From Tubiluchus corallicola (Eukaryota; Animalia; Priapulida): DNA of 64,000 nucleotides. Position numbers and translations under genes: made by a program. The notes below the pieces were generated by a model, which had not been told where the DNA came from, searched no databases, and saw only the letters and a list, made by a program, of their open reading frames with translations. Location: NCBI GenBank assembly GCA_030141605.1, contig JAQGDQ010000061.1, forward strand, positions 307,496 to 371,495, read 5' to 3'. Position 1 is the stretch's first letter; each line of letters begins with the position of its first letter. This document shows positions 13,601 to 50,521 of the stretch, one piece after another.

Positions 13601-16059
13601 TTCAAACTTTCAATTTCGTGTGTTTGTTTTTGCCCGATAGATTATACCAAATTATAAGGTTGTACCAGTACCCATACTGCACGTTTTCTCCATAATTCTT
13701 AGTAGACTAATCTTCAACCAAAATAGGAAAAATACTTTCAGTTTTTAATTACATTTTACTGATTCACGAATAACTTAGAGTTATTCGAAATTTCATTCTT
13801 AGAAAGTAACATTACAAATAAACAAGGAACTTTTGATACTTTTTTGCAACAGTACCCGACGGCTTCATTTTTTCATATATATTTTCATACAATTAATTGC
13901 TATTCCTGCTGTCTGTTAGTTACACATTTTGTTTACATTAAAGACGTTACATTTGCAATGTTACACGATTAATAATTATAGCTATTCATTGATTGAAAAT
14001 CTGCATTAGATACTTTAATAAGATTAATGAAAATAATTACAATAAAACTTGCTTCTTGATTTTTATAAAACTGACTCGTTGGTAGAGCAAAACTAAGATT
14101 TTCCTACATAAGATGAACAAGGACTGTTGCTAGGGGCTAAATATCCAGGAATTATAATTACACCAACTTTCCCTTTTTTGAGGCCTGGATAACTGGACTT
14201 GGGACGCCAGCTACAATAGAAAACAATAGAAAAGCTCCATTCAAGATTTTTCTTGTCTCTAGAGCCCAGAGGACATTCCATGGTGTCCAAAATCAGACGA
14301 CTACTTTATCCAAACAATTACCAATTCTGCTAGACTGTTAGTTGCTTTTTTCACTAGTAACAAAATGATGTGGTTTAGTTTCAAAGAGTAGCAGAGCAGT
14401 AAAGACAAGAGAAATAGTAACTGATGTATAAAAATAAATTTATTGTGACAATAAAGAACCATTCTATGCACAAATTTGATAGTTACTCGATAATTTATTA
14501 CTTTAACTGTAAAATTAACAGTTAATTCAAAGTTCATGCTGATGATACATTGCAACTTTTTTGGAATAATTCACAACATACATGTTTCAGTAGTTTGCTG
14601 AAACAATTTAGTAATAGTTAACCAACTCTGACAGACAAACCCAAACTTCCCAGGATTGCCCATTTAAAAAAGTTTATTAAAATAAACCCTCGTCATTAAA
14701 ATGCATATTAGAAGCGAATACAAGTGTACATATTACACTAGTCTACTAATCTCATAAAACAAACAATATGCCCGCTGTTTCAAATTTTTAGTAACAGTTT
14801 AGTTTATTATATCAAATACATCATTCTAGTGGCTACTTTTGCTATAAAAATTATAAATTTACTGAAATTTAAGCTATGTTTTCAAAGCCAAAAGGTATAA
14901 TAGTACATAATAGTATACTAGTTGTAAAATAACAGTAAATGTTCATTACTGTTGAGCAATGTTTAGGTAGGCCTAAAATAAAATACTCTAATACAATTAA
15001 TAATTATCATCAGAAAGAGCCACACCATTGGTTAGCTTTGCTAAACATTCATGATTCATAACATAGGAAATTAGGAGTGAAAATAAGGCAAAGCAGTAAA
15101 ACTGTTTTTCACTTAAGATTCATTTAATATTTCACTGATTGATTTGTATCTTCAATTATACTGCAATAAATACAGATTAGGTAAGTAAAATTAAAGGATA
15201 AAATATCCATTTGAACAGTCAAAAATTTCAGAAACAAACTATAGCATCACACGAAGTGATTACATAGGATTAACATATTTTAACTCAACATTTTTGAATT
15301 TCAAAAACATATTTAAAATTAGGTAAACTGGATTGAGTGATTACAGTACTATTTCAGCACTTGAAGATGCAGATAGATTTGCAAAACATTATAAATATGA
15401 CCTTAGGTAACTAGAGACATACCAACAATTGTTACAGCAAGATTAGACACATAATTATCTTGAGTAAACATTACAAAAAATAATTAAAAAAATAACTAAA
15501 AAATTGTCATCATTTTCTTCATAACTATGGTTTCTGAGTGGGCAACAGTATGACCTCAGAACATTACAAGAATGGAACTGCAATGAACCGAACACTTTTA
15601 ATTTTGCTCGTCTTTCAACACAGAATTAGTTATCCATTTATAATGTATAAGATCTATAAAAGGAACGATTTATATCAAACAACTTGGTGTAACTAAATTT
15701 GTTGTGTGACTGAACTAAAAAAATATTGACAAATTTTTGCCAAAATTAATTTGAAAGCAAAACGTTAATTAACCTACCGAGTTTTGTGTACTTTCTTAAC
15801 TCATTAACTGATTTAACAACTTGTAGATGGCCATAGGCATGGAATTCTAAGATGCTGTCTGAAATTTTGAATTCCTTTGTCTATCTATCCTCAGTTTAGT
15901 TGCTTTTTATGAAGACATAATGTTTAGACTGTTCAAATCAGACCTTAATCAATTAAGCAAATTTGTATGTGATTTTTTGTATCGGATCAATAGAGCAGCT
16001 ATTTATTAATTGAAATTTTTTTCGTGCAAAATTAGTAAATTTCTATTAATTTGATATTA

Positions 16060-19000
16060 TTACCTTCTCTTTTTGCCTTTTGACTGCTGTTTGTCACTGT
16101 TTTTATCACAGACCGATTGTGCCAATGATAATTTGCTGCATGACTGAAAAATCAATAAACTTGGAATCACCAACCAGGGTGAATTGATCAATACAACATA
16201 CACCCAAAAATACAGAGGATGTCCGTAATTAAAATGTTGAAAACCATCAAATATTTCAGTAGCAAAGTAAAGTATGGTTCCGTAAAGCTGACCAGCGGAG
16301 ACTAGAAGCTGGACGATGTATCGCTCTGGTCGTAATTGAAGCAGGCTGACTAATGTCCAGAAACAGAGTGGACCCTCAATGAAGGACGTGAACCCCTCCA
16401 TGGTAACGGTAAAAGCATCGGCTCTGAAAGAGAAGACAAGAGGTCAATTAAAGCTTTCATGATAAAATCGCGTCGCTGTAGGTCATATAAGTAGGTCACA
16501 TTATTTACTAACGCATGTGCATCAGCACAACACAAGCAGTTACAGATCTACAATATTATTATGTAAAGTACTTCTGTGATCTAACAATTATTCGTTTAAG
16601 TACTGACATTATTCTAAAAGACCTGATATCATTCCAGTCTTGGCAACAGTGGCCTTGCTTTATAAGATAGTGATCATATAGCATGATCACTTAGCTGTCT
16701 ACCTCGCTCTGAAGTGTAAACAACTAAAATGGTTACAATAAGTTACCCGCTTAACAACAAATTCTTAGGCATTAGGTGGCACAGCTATACAGGTATACCC
16801 AAACTTGGCAATTATAATGTTATAAGGCTTATGACGATCAATGAAACTTATTCGACTAAATTTATATAAACAGTTAGTTATATAATATAAGTTATTTAGT
16901 GTATAATATAGTTATATTACATGTTAGTTATATTATATATATATATATATATATATATGTGACATATAACTTATATAACTGATATATATTAACAATTTTA
17001 GATTACAACAATAACAACATTTATTTCTTCTATGACTGAAAATACTCTAGTTAACAATTTTAGATTACAACAATAACAACATTTATTTCTTCTATGACTG
17101 AAAATACTCTAGTAAAATACTTACATTACATATCTGCTGTCTGCTTTCCCATATTCTTTCCCTTCAATTAAAAAAGTTAATTAATAAGGTTACTGGTCAG
17201 TCAATGACAATTACTTCTACATGTATTAATAATGACGAAATTTATTAATGATAAAAACTTTTTGATCATACATTAAAATCCAGTACCCAGCCAACAAAGA
17301 ACAATTTACATAGTAAGACTTCCACTAATTGTTGATACTAGTCTATAAGATTTATTATTCTATTACTTCTATGTGTATTAACATGTTTTACTCATCATTA
17401 TTATCTGACTAACCACCATAAAAAATCAATTTCTAGGTTCCCTCTCTGTTGATACTAGTCTATAAGATTTATTATTCTACTACTTCTATGTGTATTAACA
17501 TGTTTTACTCATCATTATTATCTGACTAACTACCATAAAAAATCAATTTCTAGGTTCCCTCTCTTCTCTTGACCATAGATAATAATATTAAAGATTTAGA
17601 AGCTTACAGGAAAAATTAATCCTCGTACAACATTCATTGCATTTTAATGCACAATTAAAAATGTTGACATCACCAGACAATATAGTTCATACAATGCCTT
17701 GCTTAAAAATGCAAATGAAACTTAAATATTTCTTGTCTCCCGCCAAGTGAACATCGCTGTGGGCATGTTTGAAAAAAATGATGTAAGTTGGTGCTTGCAG
17801 CGTGAATGCCATGAAGGCAAGCTGTGTGAAGGTACTCGTTGGGAAATTTCTACGGTTAACTCAGAAGTTCTGTTATTCTAGCATTGTATTTAACTGCGTT
17901 TATGTAAAAATTAGTCATTGGGTCAATTATGACCAAATTCAAAGTGGTTAAATAGCTTTAATGCATAGAATTATACCTTAAAATGTGTAAGTAATGTATA
18001 TTAATTTTGTGAATAAATAATTTATAGATTTTCGTTGAATTTTAGATACATGTGCAAACTTGCAAACACAAAGGTGGTGCTGGGTGGGTTAATTAGTTTA
18101 TAAGAATTGTTGTATAAATTGAAAAAGATTGATGAAGCACCTGGCAAAATAAGTATTTATATTGCACAGTAACCGGATGATGCCATGCTTCATTCAAAAT
18201 GAGCACGTCCAAGCGTGAAGTGATCGGGACTTTAAATTGATTTTACTAATTACATGAGCTGCTTATCACAATTTCATTGCTGAAACCGTCTAACATTTTC
18301 TCAAATATTAAAATAAGCTCAACTTTCCGTGAGACTTGGCTTTTGTTTTAACAACTCATACATGTGCAGAAATGACCAAGCAACAAAATTGCAGCCAACA
18401 CTGTTCTTTTGATCAGCGAGTTTTTTCAGACTTTTGTAGAAATTTAATGCTTAATTTTTTTTACAGAACATGTGGGATCTGAAATGCTTCATAAGCAACT
18501 TACTTGTTTAAAAACCATATTTGAAGTCAAAATTAATTTCTCTTGATCTGCGGTTTGTTCACAAGCAGTTGATCTAAACTATATTACTTTATTATTATCT
18601 TTAACAAGGCAAGAGTAAAGTCAGCTACGTCTTGCATGCAAGAATTTTCTTCATTTGAATAATATAAATATCTTTATTTGATGAGTTTATTTAGTAGATC
18701 ATGGTTTTATTATCAAATCTATTTTTCGGAAACTTAAAAATTTCAGCCTTGTAAAATGCTCCTATTTTTTGTCTTCTGCATTAGCAGGTTCTTATGAAAG
18801 TGTCAACTTCTAAGCGATTAGCTGTACTTATTGGTACTGCTAATAAGTCATTTAATTCATGCAACACATTTACAATAATTTTGTATACAAAAATACAGTG
18901 AAAAAGTCTAAATACAATTGTACGTCAATCAAAAAGCAGGGTTTGTTAGACTGTCCCACCATGCGAAAGTAAAAAAAGTAATGAAAGCAAACTGAAAATT

Positions 19001-19376
19001 ATGTGGTAAAAAACAATCTCAACACGGTTTAGCTTTTTGTTCGACTGAGAGTTGGCTTTTTTAAGTTTAGTGAAATCTGCTTACAAACTTGACTCAGAAA
19101 ATGGTTGTCGCCAATGATTTCTTTGCAGAATAGCACAAAATATCCTTCCAAAACAATATGAATGCTACCACAAATTCCAAACCATACAACTACTCCCTTC
19201 TCCGTTATGGAAAGTTTTCTTGAAACCCGGCTGCAAGCAAATATCAACAACACTGCAATTATTGTTAAAACGACGAAAAAGGGAATCAAGATTTGTGCAG
19301 CTTCTAACGTGTTTGGGAGATAATTAGGAAATTCAAGAGATCGAGGAAAAAACGGGTGCTCCACGGTAGCAGCCAT
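16060..19376 (-). CDS. EBP: 3-beta-hydroxysteroid delta8-delta7 isomerase (emopamil-binding protein), 230 aa
   Basis: Exons 19376-19085, 17161-17125 (37 bp, WKEYGKADSRYV, absent from the ORF track) and 16423-16060; phases 1 and 2 join in frame. Motifs HPFFP, WF..CG.IH..LEGYF, TMEG.T, GQLYG..LYF, GHPLYFW.Y....N..W, and C-terminal KKRR dilysine-type ER signal. Confidence 0.95.
16989..17112. repeat. Exact tandem duplication of a 62-bp unit in EBP intron 2
   Basis: ttaacaattttagattac...aatactctag at 16989-17050 and 17051-17112. Confidence 0.92.
17330..17563. repeat. Near-exact tandem duplication of a 117-bp unit in EBP intron 1
   Basis: tgttgatactagtctataag...taggttccctctc at 17330-17446 and 17447-17563, with two substitutions seen. 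Confidence 0.92.
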
Positions 19377-21043
19377 GACTGCAGTTGCGCCGCCACCTTT
19401 CGACTGAATAAAGAAATTTTATTTATAATTTTATAACGCGTTGGCGGTGTTTCGGCCGTTACGGGCAATATAGATTCAGGTGATTCAAGCTATTCACAGT
19501 GGTTCTGTTAGGCTCTTCTACTCAAACGCTGAAAAGAAGCTAACAAGTTTCGATACAAAATTATTTTTTTATAATGTAACGTGTCTTAAATGCTTCTTTC
19601 TGCCAACTTTCTATTTCTTCATAACACACCTCCATATGTGTATCATTGTTATGGGGTGTATTGGCCGCCTTTGTTGCATTGTTCCTGTGCCTACAGCATC
19701 AGACTTACTCCATGTTCATAGTTTCAAAGTTATATCATGTGTTTTACCTTTTCATTTCTGTTTCAATAGACATGTTGTAGTTTCTCATTTCATTTATTAT
19801 CACCCAATTATTTGTAGCAGAGCCCAGCTAACTCTTGTAATCGTTCCTATCTCAATATACACATTCGATTGGTCAATGTTTCTATCTGACTTTCTAGTCA
19901 TTATCAGTTGCTGTGATTTTTCACTAGTAAAAATGAACTTTTATTACAGTATTAATTTTTATCACACTATCTGCCAGGGCACTGAGATACGTAAGTACGA
20001 GATACTCCGAATTCACCAAGAAAATTAAAATTGTAATTCAAATGAGCCTCATTACAATAGCGATATTCTAATTTTCAGCAATGTTAACCAGTACTAGCAC
20101 AAAATAGAAGTAATGACATTAATAACTGCTATATGTCCTTTACATATATGTATTTATACCATTTATACCATTTTTCTTAATTATGCAAAAACACGTTGTA
20201 GCAAAACAACTGCATGTTAATGACGATGTATAGGGGCTTAAATTTTTATCACCTTAGTTGCTACATTGGCCAAGAAAGATGTTTCAGTGGGCGACTACCA
20301 CTGGCTCAACTTAGGGTTTGTACAGGACAGCTTTTGCTGTCACTGTGCGGTGAGCCCCATAAATAAGGAACAATATTTATTATTTTTTAAATCGTTAGAT
20401 GAGGGAATGACAAATTTTGACGTTTAAGATTTTATTGATTAATTATTATTGTGTCGACCAACTACTTCTTGCTAGATGTCAATTAGGACCGTACAGGTTG
20501 CCAAAACGTCTGAATAGCGAAGCCATTGTGAAGCCACATTATGGCCTTGAGACGGGTACCAACTACCAAAGTAATTATAGGTTATTGGGCCAATTATCGT
20601 CTAATAATGTCACTGTTTTAGTACGTTTTTGATCAAGTGCTTAGATTGTACTGTGGGAGCTATTTACGTCCTATCATTCAGCTCTCTACCTGTTTTAAAG
20701 GTATGACAAAAATAGCTTAGCCAAGTTTGTTTTAATACTGCATGCAACCATTAAAATTAAAAACATAACTTCCTACTTATAAAATCGTCTACCTTCAGTA
20801 CTCTTTTTCTCTTTGGCTAAATCTAGTAATCTTTGCTGCTGGTTGGTTGGGTAAATGTTCAGACAGACGGGGAAGGTTGCAAAACCACACGGTAGCTGTT
20901 GCACCTTGGAACTTCGGTGATAGCTAGGGTGAGTGATTGTTGTGTGACTGGCCTGGCTGTTCTTTCAGATTATTATATCTCTTTTGGTTATACACTTTTG
21001 TAGCATGACAGTACAGTATATATATGGCTTTTATTTTATAATT

Positions 21044-21503
21044 CAGGTTGTGTAGTTACATTTTTGCGGAACCAGCTGTGACAACCGTGCGGTCGCACAG
21101 CGCCTACAATTTTAAGGGACCCGAAAATTTAACAGAAAGTTACTGTTGAAAAACTAATAATAATTTTGATTAATTTTCCCTTGTTGACTTCGCTCCACTT
21201 TATTTTTCTTAACGACAATATTTTTGTTACTTATGGTGCGCATCTTCTCTCTGCTGGCGCGTTCAGACGTAGAGACTTCTCTTGCAACTTGTTGCACAAC
21301 TTCTTTCTGAGAGTAAAGCCGCGCGTGTGAACAGCTTGGCAACTTCTCTCTCAACTTGTTGTGTACTCTGCACTTCCTAGTAATGATAATCTACTAAAAT
21401 AAAATAACTAGCATAGATAATAAATAGATTTGTATCATGGGGAGTGGGTGGTCCCCTACAGTCTATTTTGCACAGGGCCTGAAATATCCCAAGGCCGACA
21501 CTG
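21044..21503. mobile_element. Possible old hAT-type MITE
   Basis: CAG...CTG ends, GC-rich subterminal motifs (gtgcggtcgcacag; ttttgcacagggcc) in AT-rich surroundings, and imperfect 8-bp flanks ttataatt / caataatt. Confidence 0.35.
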
Positions 21504-21905
21504 CAATAATTTAGTGAATCAACTATGCTGGTAGTTGTGGTAATTATGTACAGATCAATAGACAAAACCTCGTGATTGTTGTTTTGACCCAGGCCATACG
21601 GTGATGGCGAAGGTCAATCAACTGTGCAATATCATGTGTTAACCCTGATCGTCGCCGACATTTTGTAAGTTTACGCTGGAACAGTACCAAAAAGTAGTTG
21701 ACAAAAATATTTATACAATGTAGTTTATACTAATAACAGTTATCAGCAGCATACTGTAACAATGCTATAATGCAGAGTGTTTGATACGTTAACAACAATT
21801 GTCAACAGCGTTAAGTAGAAATGACATAATATAACTTAACAAAGGATTTGATCGCTTAGCATCCTGATTTGAACATTCATATAAAGCGACATGACTGTCA
21901 CACGG

Positions 21906-22821
21906 TCACACGGCACACGACAAAAGTTCGTCCTCTTCTTCATCGCAGAGATATCCGGTGTAGCCATCATCGCATCTGCAAATTACTTCATTCATGCCAT
22001 CATTATCAACATCGTCGTCATCCAAACAGCAATCTCGGATAACGCATTGGCATTCGCAGCCATCCTCTGTCAGTTCTACTTGACCGTACTCTGCCACACA
22101 GGTACAAGATCCATCATCTGTTATCAGTGCTGGGAACTGACATATACATGTTCCATCAGTGGCAGTGTCTCAGGGGGCATCTGGACATTGGCATTCATAG
22201 GCGTCCGATTCCGATAACATTGGTGGTGGACAAACACAATACTCTCCATCAAAAACCATGCCAACTGGACACGGCGGAACTTTTCCGTATTCATGCGTGA
22301 ATCCGCCGTATCTGTGTCTAGGTTGATCATCTTTCTAGTTCGTTTGCTGTTCGTTTCTTGTAGTCACGTTTGGTAGAAGAGCACCTAAGGAGATACCTTA
22401 GAAAATAATAGTGCTTGCCTTGCCACGGAAAGTCAATGGAGATAATAGTACTGTACTATGTACCACTGGGCCTATCGCGGGATTTGACCATGCAATCATA
22501 GAAGTCAATAACAAAACGAACGGTGCTTTTGCCGTTTCCGTAAACGGTGCAAGTTCTGTAACCGCTTTTGTAGTCCAGTGCAGTGCTAATCGTTCCAAAA
22601 AATCGCTTCCTAAATCTTATTCGTGCAACCATAGAGTCGCATCCGTCGTAACACCTAACCCCTACGCGTCTAATTGTGGGCCTATCGTCGCCAAATACTT
22701 TTCTCACACTACCTTCGTACTCAATATCCTCACCATCAGAAGCGTAACACATCACAAAAAAGTGCTGTAAGCATAACAATATACTACAGTATTTGGCAAT
22801 CCAATTCTTGCACAAACTCAT
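21906..22821 (-). pseudogene. Intronless disabled gene for a secreted Cys-rich protein (signal peptide, ZP-N-like domain, CxC repeats, C-terminal EGF-like motif)
   Basis: ATG 22821 starts a hydrophobic leader, then C..CDSMVARIRFRKRFFGTI..Y..C...GNG....F.I.FYDCMV. In-frame TAG at 22456-22458 is followed by a plausible continuation (YSTIISIDFPW..YLLRC). A frameshift near 22330-22360 leads to CPVGMVFDGEYCVCPPP..YECQCPDAP*DTATDGTCIC..DGSCTC..DGCECQC..ICRCDDGYTGYLCD, with TGA at 22170-22172. Confidence 0.7.
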
Positions 22822-23900
22822 GTTCAAATATAAAATAGCAACAGCAACTATCACTGACAAAGTTACTTCGTAATTTTACAAGTTCCAGGTAGGATAGTGC
22901 GAAACGCACAGCCTCGTTATCCAGGTAGCATTTTCGAAGCATGCAATAATTTTGGCTTCTTTGCTGAAATCTAAACTATGGGCCTAAAATTCACTTAATT
23001 TGTGATCTTAGGCGAAGGTCAACATTACATCTAGAGTGCCGTGTGACATTATTAATTCTCAATAATTCATTTTCATAATCAGCTTTTTTGCTTCAGTTTT
23101 CGCCAGACGAGCATGCCGGTGACAAGTCGGACTCTATTAATCGACAGACTTGCTGAACTCGAGATGTGGATAAAAAATCTGATTCTGTTTATACAGAGTA
23201 TCACACAACCTTCTGATAGGAGTGTACATAAATAACGAGTAACATACAGAAGATATTATTGTATCAAACAATTGCCGAAAAAACGGGGAATCTACCATGC
23301 TCTCCAAGTTAAGTGTGAAACCCCGCCTTGTCTTTCATAGCCTGCAGTCTCGAGGAGTATAATCTGGGATTAATCTTCGATACATGATCCCCTGTTTCAT
23401 GATGATCAGTATTCAACAGATAAGTTTATGAGACATCGGTAAGACATGTTGGATCCTGGCTTCTCTGATTGTTTGCTTCAATCATATTCTTCAACAACAA
23501 AGGAGCTTCAAAACTCCAATCATACAACCCCAAGATGTATGAGGCTTCCATACCAAACTAAGGGATGTAATAGATTCCCTATTGTCTGAGCAAACTTTTA
23601 TGTACTATTACTGACATTTTTTTGTACCTTACACTAGCAAAAAGTTTTGTGCCACCCTGTTGATGCGAAATTTGGTGTCACACGCTCTAATGATTTACGA
23701 ATTTTAGTATAACCAATTCATAAAAAACTAAATTTTTTGACTAATGAGTATTAATTTTGAATATGAAAGAAAGCGATGCATTTTCCAAAAAATATTACCC
23801 AGATTCTTATTTACCACAGTGAATCATTTCATTTCTTGCAGTACTGTGACATTAATTTTATCTGGGGATTCAGAAAACCAAATGAAAATGTGCATTCACT

Positions 23901-49308
<25,408 letters not shown>

Positions 49309-50521
49309 ACCAGGGCAAAAAAGAGTCTACCATGGTGCCCCTCTACTGTTGATATGCCTGTATTTGATAATATAAACAACGCTAAATTAGCAGAAAAACA
49401 ACAATTCCGTTCAACACACAACTTGAAGCGAAAAGCGCAAGCCACGCATCAAACACAATGCTGATTCAATAAAAGTAGTCCAAAAATCACGAAAACTTAC
49501 ATATTCGATTATATTTCTGTTGATGTAAACGCAATGTTATATGTAGAATGGATCAATATTATATGCGAGGTCCCGATGTTTTATTGTGAACGTCGCATTA
49601 TATTAAATAATTCAATCCAAGGTGGATCGTTATACCTCAGGTAACTTGGCAACTAAATAAGAGCGCGTGGTAGCTGTATGTATGAACTGATTTGGTTCCA
49701 CATAATCAATTTTATATACGCAGAGTTCCTTAAAGATGTAGGCAAACAGATGTAAAATAGAAACGGACACTAGATTTAATCTTTGCCGATTTCAGTTTAT
49801 GTGCTGGGAAACAAAATAAACTATTGTATTACTAAATTTTGAAATGTCACATTCCATAAAGCCAACTATTTCAAATCTTCGGTTTCACAGTAAATAACGG
49901 TCTTGGTAATCTAATTAAAGCCAGCATAGTTAACAAAAAATATTTTCTTACTTTCTTTTACTGTTAAGGAATTCCCTTCATTTCTTGCAAGGAAAGCAAA
50001 GTGCAGAATGTAGAATACACACTATGCTGTCTGCGGCTGTTTTAGGTTTAATTTTTTTAATCAAACTTACATTTGTTTGTGCCTTACAAATCAGACAGTT
50101 CAATTTTTTGCTTAATGCTGACTAAAATAAGTTTTGATTTTGGCAATACTGTAGTGTACTTTTGTTTTAGTATATATTTGTAGAAATAGTAGGAATTACC
50201 ACTGTTCCAGATATGATATCTATTCAGTATAGAAATTCAGTTTTTTACGTGTACAGGATTTTTTCCACAAGGAGACCATCTACAAGGAGATTTTTGTGAA
50301 TTCAAGGAAACCTGCTCACCAGACGTAGATATTTTGAATGTGTTATAATACAGATTAAAGTTTGCCTGTTTTGGTGGTAAACTACTATTCTATACTTCTG
50401 CGATGCATCTAATGTGTGGTCACGTGATCTAGACCTTTAGACTGAGTTTATGCAAATGTGTACATATGAGTTGCTACCTGCCTTGAACAGCTGTTTTACA
50501 TCTCGAAAACTACCATGCAGC

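Noticed and set aside
19480-20028. 182-aa hydrophobic ORF divergent from EBP
   Set aside because: GTG start, composition typical of T-rich non-coding DNA, no recognisable motif.
22170-22172. In-frame TGA as selenocysteine in the Cys-rich gene
   Set aside because: The same gene also has a TAG and a frameshift, the TGA is not at a CxC position, and I see no SECIS; pseudogenisation is simpler.
23095-23590. GC-elevated, coding-looking stretch on the + strand
   Set aside because: Stops in the frames I translated and no identifiable family; cannot be supported without a search.
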